DNA from: the human T2T-CHM13v2.0 reference genome, Homo sapiens
Assembly (NCBI RefSeq): GCF_009914755.1
Contig: NC_060933.1
DNA length: 64,000 bases
Reading direction: 5' to 3' (one strand)
Below, piece after piece: positions 40,936 to 56,400 of the stretch. The translations under genes were made by a program, and so were the position numbers. How positions within the stretch are numbered: position 1 is the stretch's first letter; every line of letters begins with the position of its first letter. The notes beneath the pieces are model-generated. The model searched no databases. It was given only the letters and a program-made list of their open reading frames with translations, and was not told the DNA's origin.

Positions 40936-42114
40936 ATGGAATGCAATGGAATGGATTCAACTTGAATGGAAAGTAAAGAATGGAATCAACGCGAGTGGAA
41001 TGGCATGGATTGGAATGGAATGGAATGGAATCAACCCGAGTACAGGGGAATGGAATGGAATGGAATGCAATGGAATGGAATCATCCGTAATGGAATGGAA
41101 TGGAATGGAATGGAATGGAATGGAATGGAATGGAATGGAATGGAATCAACTCGATTGCAAACGAATGGAATGGAATGGAATTAACCCGAATAGAATGGAA
41201 TGGAATGGAACGGAACGGAACGCAATGGAATGGAATGGAATTTAATGGAACGGAAAGGAATGGAATGGAATGGAATGGAATGGAATGGAATCAACTCGAG
41301 TGCAGGGGAATGGAATGGAATCAAATGGAATGGAATGGAATGGAATGGAATCAACCCGAGTGCAGGGGAATGTAATGGAACGGAATGCAATGGAATGGAA
41401 TCATCCGAAATGGAATGGAATGGAATGGAATGGAATGGAATGAACCCGAGTGCAATGGAATGGAGTGGAATAGAATGGAATGGAATGGAACAACCCGAAT
41501 GGAATGTAATGTAATGGAGAGTAAGGGAGTTGAAAAGAATCAATCCGAATGGAATGGAATGGAATGGAACGGAATGGAATGGAATGGAATGGAATGGAAT
41601 GGAATGCAATGGAATGGAATCAACCCGAGTACAATGGAATGGAATGGAATGGAATGGAATGGAATGGAATGCAATGGAATGGAATGGAATTAAACCGAAT
41701 AGAATGGAATGGAATGGAATGGAATGGAACGGAACGGAATGGAATGGAATGGAATGGAATGGAATGGAATCAACCCGACTGCAGGGGAATGGAATGGAAT
41801 GGAATGGAATGGAATGGAATGGAATGGAATCATCCGGAACGGAATGGAATGGAATGGAATGGAATCAACTCGATTGCAATGGAATGGAATGGAATGGAAT
41901 GGAATCGAATGGAATGGAATGGAATTAACCGGAATAGAATGGAATGGAATGGAATGGAACGGAATGGAATGGAATGGAATGCAATGGAATGGAATCAACC
42001 CGAGTGCAGGGGAATGGAATGGAATGGAATGCAATGGAATGGAATCATCCGTAATGGAATGGAAAGGAATGGAATGGAATGGAATGGAATGGAATGGAAT
42101 GGAATGGAATGGAA

Positions 42115-45100
42115 TCAACGCGAGTGCAGGGGAATGGAATGGAATGGAATGTAATGCAATGGAATGGAATGTTCCGGAATGGAATGGAATGGAATGGAAT
42201 GGAATGGAATGGAATGGAATCAACCCGAGTGCAATGGAATGGAGTGGAATGGAATGGAATGGAATGGAACAACCCGAATGGAATGGAATGTAATGGAGAG
42301 TAAGGGAGTTGAATAGAATCAATCCGAATGTAATGGAATGGAATGGAACGGAATGGAATTGAATGGAATGGAATGGAATGCAATGGAATGGAATCAACCC
42401 GAGTGCAATGGAATGGAGAGGAATGGAATGGAATGGAATGGAAACTACCCGAATGGAATGGAATGTAATGGAGTGTAAGGGAATTGAATAGAATCAATCG
42501 GAATGTAATGGACTGGAATGGAACGGAATGTAATGGAATGGAATGGAATGGAATGGAATGCAATGGAATGGAATCAACCCGAGTGCAGTCGAATGGAATC
42601 GAATGGAATGGAATGCAATGGAATGGATTCAACTTGAATGGAATGGAAAGAATGGCATCAACACGAGTGGAATGGCATGGATTGGAATGGAATGGAATGG
42701 AATCAACCCGAGTACAGGGGAATGGAATGGAATGGAATGCAATGGAATGGAATCATCCGTAATGGAATGGAAAGGAATGGAATGGAATGGAAAGGAATGG
42801 AATGGAATGGTATGGAATGGAATGGAATGGAATGGTACGGAATAGAATGGAATGGAACGAATTGTAATAGAATGGAATTGAATGGAATGGAATGGAATCA
42901 ACGCGAGTGCAGGGGAATGTAATGGAACGGAATGCAATGGAATGGAATCATCCGGAATGGAATGGAATGGAATGGAATGGAATGGAATGGAATGGAATGG
43001 AATAAACCCGAGTGCAATGGAATGGAGTGGAATGGAAACAACCAGAATGGATTGGAATATAATGGAGTGTAAGGTAATTGAATAGAATCAATCTGAATTT
43101 AATGAAATGGAATGGAACCGAATGGAATGGAATGGAATGGAATGGAATGGAATGGAATGCAATGGAATGGAATCAACCCTAGTACAATGGAATGGAATGG
43201 AATGGAATGGAATGGCATGGAATGGAATGCAATGGAATGGAATCTTCCGGAATGGAATGGAATGGAATGGAATGGAATGGAATGCAATGGATTCAACTCG
43301 ATTGCAATGGAAAGGAATAGAATGGAATGGAATGGAAAAGAATGGAATTAAACCGAATAGAATGGAATGGAATGGAATGGAACGGAACGGAACGGAACGG
43401 AACGGAGTGGAATGGAATGGAATGGAATTGTATGGAATGGAATGGAATGGTACGGAATAGAATGGAATGGAAAGAATTGGAATGGAATGGAATCGAATCG
43501 AATGGAATGGAATGGAATGGAATCAACACGAGTGCAGGGGAATGTAATGGAACGGAATGCAATGGAATGGAATCATCCGGAATGGAATGGAATGGAATGG
43601 AATGGAATGGAATGGAATGGAATCAACCCGAGTGCAATGGAATGGAGTGACATGGAATGGAATGGAATGGAACAACCCGAATGGAATGGAATGTAATGGA
43701 GAGTAAGGCAGTTGAATAGAATCAATCCGAATGTAATGGAATGGAACGGAATGGAATGGAATGGAATGGAATGGAATGGAATGCAATGTAATGGAATCAA
43801 CCCGAGTGCAATCGAATGGAATCGAATGGAATGGAATGCAATGGAATGGATTCAACTTGAATGGAAAGTAAAGAATGGAATCAACACGAGTGGAATGGCA
43901 TGGATTGGAATGGAATGGAATGGAATCAACCCGAGTACAGGGGAATGGAATGGAATGGAATGCAATGGAATGGAATCATCCGTAATGGAATGGAAAGGAA
44001 TGGAATGGAATGGAATGGAATGGAATGGAATGGAATGGAATCAACTCGATTGCAATCGAATGGAATGGAATGGAATTAACCCGAATAGAATGGAATGGAA
44101 TGGAATGGAACGGAACGGAATGGAATGGAATGGAATGGAATGGAACGGAAAGGAAGGGAATGGAATGGAATAGAATAGAATGGAATGGAATCAACGCGAG
44201 TGCAGGGGAATGGAATGGAATGGAATGGAATGCAATGGAATGGAATGTTCCGGAATGGAATGGAATGGAATGGAATGGAATGGAATGGAATGGAATCAAC
44301 CCGAGTGCAATGGAATGGAGTGGAATGGAATGGAATGGAATGGAACAACCCGAATGGAATGGAATGTAATGGAGAGTAAGGGAGTTGAATAGAATCAATC
44401 CGAATGTAATGGAATGGAATGGAACGGAATGGAATTGAATGGAATGGAATGGAATGCAATGGAATGGAATCAACCCGAGTGCAATGGAATGGAGAGGAAT
44501 GGAATGGAATGGAATGGAAACTACCCGAATGGAATGGAATGTAATGGAGTGTAAGGGAATTGAATAGAATCAATCGGAATGTAATGGACTGGAATGGAAC
44601 TGAATGTAATGGAATGGAATGGAATGGAATGGAATGCAATGGAATGGAATCAACCCAAGTGCAATCGAATGGAATCGAATGGAATGGAATGCAATGGAAT
44701 GGACTCAACTTGAATGGAATGGAAAGAATGGAATCAACACGAGTGGAATGGCATGGATTGGAATGGAATGGAATGGAATCAACCCGAGTACAGGGGAATG
44801 GAATGGAATGGAATGCAATGGAATGGAATCATCCGTAATGGAATGGAAAGGAATGGAATGGAATGGAAAGGAATGGAATGGAATGGTATGGAATGGAATG
44901 GAATGGAATGGTACGGAATAGAATGGAATGGAACGAATTGTAATAGAATGGAATTGAATGGAATGGAATGGAATCAACGCGAGTGCAGGGGAATGTAATG
45001 GAACGGAATGCAATGGAATGGAATCATCCGGAATGGAATGGAATGGAATGGAATGGAATGGAATGGAATGGAATGGAATAAACCCGAGTGCAATGGAATG

Positions 45101-48100
45101 GAGTGGAATGGAAACAACCAGAATGGATTGGAATATAATGGAGTGTAAGGTAATTGAATAGAATCAATCTGAATGTAATGAAATGGAATGGAACCGAATG
45201 GAATGGAATGGAATGGAATGGAATGGAATGCAATGGAATGGAATCAACCCTAGTACAATGGAATGGAATGGAATGGAATGGAATGGCATGGAATGGAATG
45301 CAATGGAATGGAATCTCCCGGAATGGAATGGAATGGAATGGAATGCAATGGATTCAACTCGATTGCAATGGAATGGGATAGAATGGAATGGAATGGAAAG
45401 GAATGGAATTAAACCGAATAGAATGGAATGGAATGGAATGGAACGGAACGGAACGGAACGGAACGGAGTGGAATGGAATGGAATGGAATTGTATGGAATG
45501 GAATGGAATGGTACGGAATAGAATGGAATGGAAAGAATTGGAATGGAATGGAATCGAATGGAATGGAATGGAATGGAATGGAATCAACACGAGTGCAGGG
45601 GAATGTAATGGAACGGAATGCAATGGAATGGAATCATCCGGAATGGAATGGAATGGAATGGAATGGAATGGAATGGAATGGAATCAACCCGAGTGCAATG
45701 GAATGGAGTGAAATGGAATGGAATGGAATGGAACAACCCGAATGGAATGGAATGTAATGGAGAGTAAGGGAGTTGAATAGAATCAATCCGAATGTAATGG
45801 AATGGAACGGAATGGAATGGAATGGAATGGAATGGAATGCAATGTAATGGAATCAACCCGAGTGCAATCGAATGGAATCGAATGGAATGGAATGCAATGG
45901 AATGGATTCAACTTGAATGGAAAGTAAAGAATGGAATCAACACGAGTGGAATGGCATGGATTGGAATGGAATGGAATGGAATCAACCCGAGTAAAGGGGA
46001 ATGGAATGGAATGGAATGCAATGGAATGGAATCATCCGTAATGGAATGGAAAGGAATGGAATGGAATGGAATGGAATGGAATGGAATGGAATGGAATGGA
46101 ATGGAATCAACTCGATTGCAATCGAATGGAATGGAATGGAATTAACCCGAATAGAATGGAATGGAATGGAATGCAACGGAACGGAATGGAATGGAATGGA
46201 ATGGAATGGAAGGGAAAGGAAGGGAATGGAATGGAATAGAATGGAATGGAATGGAATCAACGCGAGTGCAGGGGAATGGAATGGAATGGAATGGAATGCA
46301 ATGGAATGGCATGTTCCGGAATGGAATGGAATGGAATGGAATGGAATGGAATGGAATGGAATCAACCCGAGTGCAATGGAATGGAGTGGAATGGAATGGA
46401 ATGGAATGGAACAACCCGAATGGAATGGAATGTAATGGAGAGTAAGGGAGTTGAATAGAATCAATCCGAATGTAATGGAATGGAATGGAACGGAATGGAA
46501 TTGAATGGAATGGAATGGAATGCAATGGAATGGAATCAACCCGAGTGCAATGGAATGGAGAGGAATGGAATGGAATGGAATGGAAACTACCCGAATGGAA
46601 TGGAATGTAATGGAGTGTAAGGGAATTGAATAGAATCAATCGGAATGTAATGGACTGGAATGGAACTGAATGTAATGGAATGGAATGGAATGGAATGGAA
46701 TGCAATGGAATGGAATCAACCCAAGTGCAATCGAATGGAATCGAATGGAATGGAATGCAATGGAATGGACTCAACTTGAATGGAATGGAAAGAATGGAAT
46801 CAACACGAGTGGAATGGCATTGATGGGAATGGAATGGAATGGAATCAACCCGAGTACAGGGGAATGGAATGGAATGGAATGCAATGGAATGGAATCATCC
46901 GTAATGGAATGGAAAGGAATGGAATGGAATGGAAAGGAATGGAATGGAATGGAATGGAATGGAATGGAATGGAATCAACTCGATTGCAATCGAATGGAAT
47001 GGAATGGAATTAACCCGAATAGAATGGAATGGAATGGAATGGAACGGAACAGAATGGAATGGAATGGAATGGAATGGAATGGAATGGAATGGAACGGAAT
47101 GGAATGGAATGGAATGGAATGGAATCAACGCGAGAGCAGGGGAATTGAATGGAATGGAATGCAATGGAATGGAATCTTCCGGAATGGAATGGAATGGAAT
47201 GGAATGGAATGGAATGAAATGCAATGGATTCAACTCGATTGCAATGGAATGGAATAGAATGGAATGGAATGGAATGGAAGGGAATTAAACCGAATAGAAT
47301 GGAATGGAATGGAATGGAACGGAACGGAACGGAACGGAACGGGGTGGAATGGAATGGAATGGAATTGTATGGAATGGAATGGAATGGTACGGAATAGAAT
47401 GGAATGGAAAGAATTGGAATGGAATGGAATCGAATCGAATGGAATGGAATGGAATGGAATCAACACGAGTGCAGGGGAATGTAATGGAACGGAATGCAAT
47501 GGAATGGAATCATCCGGAATGGAATGGAATGGAATGGAATGGAATGGAATGGAATGGAATGGAATCAACCCGAGTGCAATGGAATGGAGTGAAATGGAAT
47601 GGAATGGAATGGAACAACCCGAATGGAATGGAATGTAATGGAGAGTAAGGGAGTTGAATAGAATCAATCCGAATGTAATGGAATGGAACGGAATGGAATG
47701 GAATGGAATGGAATGGAATGCAATGTAATGGAATAAACCCGAGTGCAATCGAATGGAATCGAATGGAATGGAATGCAATGGAATGGATTCAACTTGAATG
47801 GAAAGTAAAGAATGGAATCAACACGAGTGGAATGGCATGGATTGGAATGGAATGGAATGGAATCAACCCGAGTACAGGGGAATGGAATGGAATGGAATGC
47901 AATGGAATGGAATCATCCGTAATGGAATGGAAAGGAATGGAATGGAATGGAATGGAATGGAATGGAATGGAATGGAATGGAATGGAATCAACTCGATTGC
48001 AATCGAATGGAATGGAATGGAATTAACCCGAATAGAATGGAATGGAATGGAATGCAACGGAACGGAATGGAATGGAATGGAATGGAATGGAACGGAAAGG

Positions 48101-50460
48101 AAGGGAATGGAATGGAATAGAATGGAATGGAATGGAATCAACGCGAGTGCAGGGGAATGGAATGGAATGGAATGGAATGCAATGGAATGGAATGTTCCGG
48201 AATGGAATGGAATGGAATGGAATGGAATGGAATGGAATGGAATCAACCCGAGTGCAATGGAATGGAGTGGAATGGAATGGAATGGAATGGAACAACCCGA
48301 ATGGAATGGAATGTAATGGAGAGTAAGGGAGTTGAATAGAATCAATCCGAATGTAATGGAATGGAATGCAACGGAATGGAATTGAATGGAATGGAATGGA
48401 ATGCAATGGAATGGAATCAACCCGAGTGCAATGGAATGGAGAGGAATGGAATGGAATGGAATGGAAACTACCCGAATGGAATGGAATGTAATGGAGTGTA
48501 AGGGAATTGAATAGAATCAATCGGAATGTAATGGACTGGAATGGAACTGAATGTAATGGAATGGAATGGAATGGAATGGAATGCAATGGAATGGAATCAA
48601 CCCAAGTGCAATCGAATGGAATCGAATGTAATGGAATGCAATGGAATGGACTCAACTTGAATGGAATGGAAAGAATGGAATCAACACGAGTGGAATGGCA
48701 TGGATTGGAATGGAATGGAATGGAATCAACCCGAGTACAGGGGAATGGAATGGAATGGAATGCAATGGAATGGAATCATCCGTAATGGAATGGAAAGGAA
48801 TGGAATGGAATGGAAAGGAATGGAATGGAATGGAATGGAATGGAATGGAATGGAATGGAATCAACTCGATTGCAATCGAATGGAATGGAATGGAATTAAC
48901 CCGAATAGAATGGAATGGAATGGAATGGAACGGAACAGAATGGAATGGAATGGAATGGAATGGAATGGAATGGAATGGAACGGAATGGAATGGAATGGAA
49001 TGGAATGGAATCAACGTGAGAGCAGGGGAATTGAATGGAATGGAATGCAATGGAATGGAATCTTCCGGAATGGAATGGAATGGAATGGAATGGAATGAAA
49101 TGCAATGGATTCAACTCGATTGCAATGGAATGGAATAGAATGGAATGGAATGGAATGGAATGGAATTAATCCGAATAGAATGGAATTGAATGGAATGGAA
49201 CGGAATGGAACGGAATGGAATGGAATGGAATGGAATGGAATGGAATGGTATGGAATGGAATGGAATGGTACGGAATGGAACGAATTGTAATGGAATGGAA
49301 TTGAATTGAATGGAATGGAATGGAATGGAATCAACGCGAGAGCTGGGGAATGTAATGGAACGGAATGCAATGGAATGGAATCATCCGGAATGGAATGGAA
49401 TGGAATGGAATCAACCCGAGTGCAATGGAATGGAGTGGAATGGAATGGAATGGAATGGAACAACCCGAATGGAATGGAATGTAATGGAGAGTAAGGGAGT
49501 TGAATAGAATCAATACGAATGTAATGGAATGGAATGCAACGGAATGGAATGGAATGGAATGCAATGGAATGGAATCAACCCGAGTACAATGGAATGGAAT
49601 GGAATGGAATGGAATGGAATGGAATGGAATGGAATGGAATGCCTTCAAACCGAATGGAATGGAAAGGAGTGGAATCAACACGAGTGGAATGGAATGGAAT
49701 GGAATGGAATGGAATGCAATGGAATGATACGGAATAGAATGGAATGGAACGAAATGGAATGGAATGGAATGGAATGGAATGGAATGGAATGGAATGGAAT
49801 GGAATGGAATCGTTCCGAGTGGAATAGGAGGGAATGTATTCGAGTGTAATGGAAAGGAATGTAATCAACAAGAGTGGAATGGAAGGGAATGGAATGGAAG
49901 GGAAACTAATAGAATGGAATCAACCCGAGTGGAATGGAATGGAAAGGACTGGAAGGGAATGGAATGGAATGGAATCAACTCGATTGTAATGGAATGGAAT
50001 GGAATGGAATGGAATGGAATGGAATTAACCCGAATACAATGGAATGGAATGGAATGGAACGCAATGGAGTGGAATGGAATGGAATCAACCCGAGTGCAGG
50101 GGATTGGAATGGAATGGAATGCAATGGAATGGATTCAACTTGAATGGAATGGAAAGAATGGAATCAACACGAGTGGAATGGCATGGATTGGAATGGAATG
50201 GAATGGAATGGAATCAACCCGAGTACAGGGTAATGGAATGGAATGGAATGCAATGGAATGGAATCATCCGTAATGGAATGGAAAGGAATGGAATGGAATG
50301 GAATGGAATGGAATCGAATGGAATCAACTCGATTGCAATCGAATGGAATGGAATGGAATTAACCCGAATAGAATGGAATGGAATGGAATGGAACGGAAAG
50401 GAACGGAATGGAATGGATTGGCATGGAATGGAATGGAATGGAATGGAACGGAAAGGAATG
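42115..50460 (+). repeat. Young tandem higher-order repeat, 4 mosaic units of ~1.9-2.1 kb
   Basis: Anchor CAATCGGAATGTAATGGACTGG at 42495, 44571, 46637 and 48518 (spacings 2076, 2066, 1881). GTTCCGG and GGAAAGTAAAGAAT variants recur with the same period. Confidence 0.85.
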
Positions 50461-53400
50461 GAATTGAATGGAATGCAATGGAATGGAATGGAATGGAATG
50501 GAATGGAGTGGAATGCAATGGAATGGAATCAACCCGAGTGCAATCGAATGGAATCGAATAGAATGGAATGCAATGGAATGGATTCAACTTGAATGGAATG
50601 GAAAGAATGGAATCAACACGAGTGGAATGGCATCGATTGGAATGGAATGGAATGGAATCTACCCGAGTACAAGGGAATGGAATGGAATGGAATGCAATGG
50701 AATGGAATCATCCGTAATGGAATGGAAAGGAATGGAATGGAATGGAATGGAATGGAATGGAATGGAATGGAATCAACTCGATTGCAATCGAATGGAATGT
50801 TATGGAATGGAATGGAATGGAACAACCCGAATGGAATGGAATGTAATGGAGAGTAAGGGAGTTGAATAGAATCAATCCGAATGTAATGGAATGGAATGGA
50901 ACGGAATGGAATTGAATGGAATGGAATGGAATGCAATGGAATGGAATCAACCCGAGAGCAATGGAATGGAGAGGAATGGAATGGAATGCAATGGAAACTA
51001 CCCGAAAGGAATGGAATGTAATGGAGTGTAAGGGAATTGAATAGAATCAATCCGAATGTAAAGGAATGGAATGGAACGGAATGTAATGGAATGGAATGGA
51101 ATGGAATGGAATGGAATGGAATGGAATCAACTCGATTGCAATCAAATGGAATGGAATGGAATTAACCCGAATAGAATGGAATGGAATGGTATGGAACGGA
51201 ACGGAATGGAATGGAATGGAATGGAATGGAATGGAATGGAAGGGAAAGGAAGGGAATGGAATGGAATAGAATGGAATGGAATGGAATCAACGCGAGTGCA
51301 GGGGAATGGAATGGAATGGAATGCAATGGAATGGAATATTCCGGAATGGAATGGAATTGAATGGAATGGAATGGAATCAACCCGAGTGCAATGGAATGGA
51401 GTGGAATGGAATGGAATGGAATGGAACAACCCAAATGGAATTTAATGTAATGGAGAATAAGGGAGTTGAATAGAATCAACCCGAAAGTAATGGAATGGAA
51501 TGGAACGGAATGGAATTGAATGGAATGGAATGGAATGCAATGGAATGGAATCAACCCGAGTGCAATCTAATGGAATCGAATGGAATGGAATGCAATGGAA
51601 TGGATTCAACTTGAATGGAATGGAAAGAATGGAATCAACACGAGTGGAATGGCATGGATTGGAATGGAATGGAATGGAATCAACCCGAGTACAGGGGAAT
51701 GGAATGGAATGGAATGCAATGGAATGGAATCATCCGTAATGCAATGGAAAGGAATGGAATGGAATGGAATGGAATGGAATGGAATGGAATGGAATGGAAT
51801 CAACTCGATTGCAATCGAATGGAATGGAATGGAATTAACCCGAATAGAATGGAATGGAATGGAATGGAATGGAATGGAACGGAACGGAACGGAACGGAAT
51901 GGAATGGAATGGAATGGAATGGAATCAACGCGAGTGCAGGGGAATGGAATGGAATGGAATGCAATGGAATGGAATCTTCCGGAATGGAATGGAATGGAAT
52001 GGAATGGAATGAAATGCAATGGATTCAACTCGATTGCAATGGAATGGAATAGAACGGAATGGAATGGAATGGAATGGAATGCAATGGTGTAGAATGAAAT
52101 GGAATGGTACGGAATAGAATGGAATGGAATGAATTGTAATGGAATGGAATTGAATGGAATGGAATGGAATGGAATGGAATCAACGCGAGTGCAGGGGAAT
52201 GTAATGGAACGGAATGCAATGGAATGGAATCATCCGTAATGGAATGGAAAGGAATGGAATGGAATGGAATGGAATGGAATGGAATGGAATGGAATCAACT
52301 CGATTGCAATCGAATGGAATGGAATGGAATTAACCCGAATAAAATGGAATGGAATGGAATGGAATGGAACGGAACGGAATGGAATGGATTGGAATGGAAT
52401 GGAACGGAAAGGAATGGAATGGAATGGAATGCAATGGAATGGAATCTTCCGGAATGGAATGGAATGGAATGGAATGGAATGGAATAAACCCGAGTGCAAT
52501 GGATTGGAGTGGAATGGAATGGAATGGAATGGAACAACCCGAATGGAATGGAATGTAATACAGTGTAAGGGAGTTGAATAGAATCAATCCGAATGTAATG
52601 GAATGGAATGGAAGGGAATGGAATGGAATGGAATGGAATGGAATGGAATGGAATGGAATGCAATGGAATGGAATCAACCCGAGTCCAATCGAATGGAATC
52701 GAATGGAATGGAATGCAATGGAATGGATTCAACTTGAATGGAATGGAAAGAATGGAATCAACACGAGTGGAATGGCATGGATTAGAATAGAATGGAATGG
52801 AATCAATCCGAGTACAGGGGCATGGAATGGAATGGAATGCAATTGAATGGAATCATCCGTAATGGAATGGAAAGGAATGGAATGGAATGGAATGGAATGG
52901 AATGGAATGGAATGGAATGGAGTCAACTCGATTGCAATCGAATGGAATGGAATGGAATTAACCCGAATAGAATGGAATGGAATGGAATGGAACGGAACGG
53001 AACGGAATGGAATGGAATGGAATGGAACGGAACGGAACGGAATGGAATGGAATGGAATGGAATGGAATGGAATGGAATGGAATCAACGCGAGTGCAGGGG
53101 AATGGAATGGAATGGAATGCATTGGAATGGAATCTTCCGGAATGGAATGGAATGGAATGGAATGGAATGGAATGGAATGGAATTAACCCGAATAGAATGG
53201 AATGGAATGGAATGGAACGGAATGGAACGGAATGGAATGGAATGGAATGCAATGGAATGGTATGGAATGGAATGGAATGGTACGGAATAGAACGGAATGG
53301 AACGAATTGTAATGGAATGGAATTGAATGGAATGGAATGGAATGGAATGGAATCAACGCGAGTGCAGGGGAATGTAATGGAACGGAATGCAATGGAATGG

Positions 53401-56400
53401 AATCATCCGGAATGGAATGGAATGGAATGGAATGGAATGGAATGGAATCAACCCGAGTGCAATGGAATGGAGTGGAATGGAATGGAATGGAATGGAACAA
53501 CCCGAATAGAATGGAATGTAATGGAGAGTAAGGGAGTTGAATAGAATCAATCCGAATGTAATGGAATGGAATGCAACGGAATGGAATGGAATGGAATGGA
53601 ATGGAATGCAATGGAATGGAATCAACCCGAGTACAATGGAATGGAATGGAATGGAATGGAATGGAATGGAATGGAATGCCTTCAAACCGAATGGAATGGA
53701 AAGGAATGGAATCAACACGAGTGGAATGGAATGGAATGGAATGGAATGGAATGGAATGATACGGAATAGAATGGAATGGAACAAAATGGAATGGAATGGA
53801 ATGGAATGGAATGGAATGGAATGGAATGGAATCGTTCCGAGTGGAATAGGAGGGAATGTATTCGAGTGGAATGGAAAGGAATGGAAACAACCAGAGTGGA
53901 ATGGAACGGAATGGAATGGAATGGAAACTAATAGAATGGAATCAACCCGACTGGAATGGAATGGAAAGGACTGGAATGGAAAGGAATGGAATGGAATGGA
54001 ATGGAATGGAATGGAATGGAATGGAATCAACGCGAGTGCAGGGGAATGGAATAGAATCGAATGGAATGGAATGGAATGGAATGGAATCAACCCGAGTGCA
54101 GGGGAATGTAATGGAACGGAATGCAATGGAATGGAATCATCCGGAATGGAATGGAATGGAATGGAATGGAAACAACCCGAGTGCAATGGAATGGAGTGGA
54201 ATGGAATGGAACGGAATGGAACAACCCGAATGGAATGGAATGTAATGGAGAGTAAGGGAGTTGAAAAGAATCAATCCGAATGAAATGGAATGGAATGGAA
54301 CGGAATAGAATGGAATGGAATGGAATGGAATGGAATGGAATGGAATGGAATGCAATGGAATGGAATCAACCCGAGTACAATGGAATGGAATGGAATGGAA
54401 TGGAATGGAATGCAATGGAATGGAATCTTCCGGAATGGAATGGAATGGAATGGAATGGAATGGAATGGAATGGAATGGAATGCAATGGATTCAACTCGAT
54501 TGCAATGGAATGGAATAGAATGGAATGGAATGGAACGGAATGGAATTAAACCGAATAGAATGGAATGGAATGGAATGGAACGGAACGGAACGGAAAGGAA
54601 CGGAACGGAACGGAACGGAGTGGAATGGAATGGAATGGAATTGTATGGAATGGAATGGAATGGTACGGAATAGAATGGAATGGAAAGAATTGGAATCGAA
54701 TGGAATCGAATGGAATGGAATGGAATGGAATGGAATCAACCAGAGTGCAGGGGAATGTAATGGAACGGAATGCAGTGGAATGGAATCATCCGGAATGGAA
54801 TGGAATGGAATGGAATGGAATGGAATGGAATGGAATGGAATCAACCCGAGTGCAATGGAATGGAGTCGAATGGAATGCAATGGAATGGAAGAACCCGAAT
54901 GGAATGTAATGTAATGGAGAGTAAGGGAGTTGAATATAAACAATCCGAATGTAATGGAATGGAACGGAATGGAATGGAATGGAATGGAACGGAATGGAAT
55001 GGAATGCAATGGAATGGAATCAACCCGAGTACAATGGAACGGAATGGAATGTAATGTAATGTAATGGAATGGAATGGAATGGAATGGAATGGAATGGAAT
55101 CAACCCGAGTGCAATGGAATGGAGAGGAATGGAATGGAATGGAATGGAAACTACCCGAATGGAATGGAATGTAATGGAGTGTAAAGGAATTGAATAGAAT
55201 CAATCCGAATGCAATGGAATGGAATGGAATGGAACGGAATGGATTGGAATGGAATGGAATCAACCCGAGTGCAGGGGAATGGAATGGAATGGAATGCAAT
55301 GGAATGGAATCATCCGGAATGGAATGGAATGGAATGCAATGGAATGGAATGGAATGGAATGGAATTGAATCAACCCAAGTACAATGGAATGGAGTGAAAT
55401 GGAATGGAATGGAATGGAAACAACCAGAATGGATTGGAATATAATGGAGTGTAAGGGAATTGAATAGAATCAGTCTGAATGTTATGAAATGGAAAGGAAC
55501 GGAATGGAATGGAATGGAATGCAATGGAATGGAATCAACCCGAGTGCAATCGAATGGAATCGAATGGAATGGAATGCAATGGAATGGATTCAACTTGAAT
55601 GGAATGGAATGAATGGAATCAACACGACTGGAATGGCATGGATTGGAATGGAATGGATTGGAATCAACCCGAGTACAGGGGAATGGAATGGAATGTAATG
55701 CAATGGAATGGAATCATCCGTAATGGAATGGAAAGGAATGGAATGGAATGGAATGGAATGGAATGGAATCAACTCGATTGCAATCGAATGGAATGGAATG
55801 GAATTAAACCGAATAGAATAGAATGGAATGGAATGGAACGGAACGGAACGGAACGGAATGGAATGGAATGGAATGGAACGGAACGGAACGGAACGGAATG
55901 GAATGGAATGGAATGGAATGGAATCAACGCGAGTGCAGGGGAATGGAATGGAATGGAATGCAATGGAATGGAATCATCCGGAATGGAATGGAATGGAATG
56001 GAATGGAATGGAATGGAATGGAATCAACTCGATTGCAATCGAATGGAATAGAATGGAATTAACCCGAATAGAATGGAATGGAATGGAACGGAACGGAACG
56101 GAATGGAATGGAATGGAATGGAATGGAATGGAATGGAATGGAATCAACGTGAGTGCAGGGGAATGGAATGGAATGGAATGCAATGGAATGGAATCTTCCG
56201 GAATGGAATGGAATGGAATGAAATGCAATGGATTCAACTCGATTGCAATGGAATGGAATAGAATGGAATGGAATGGAATGGAATGGAATGGAATGGAATG
56301 GAATTAACCCGAATAGAATGCAATGGAATGGAATGGAACGGAATGGAACGGAATGGAATGGAATGGAATGGAATGGAATGGAATGGAATGGTATGGAATG

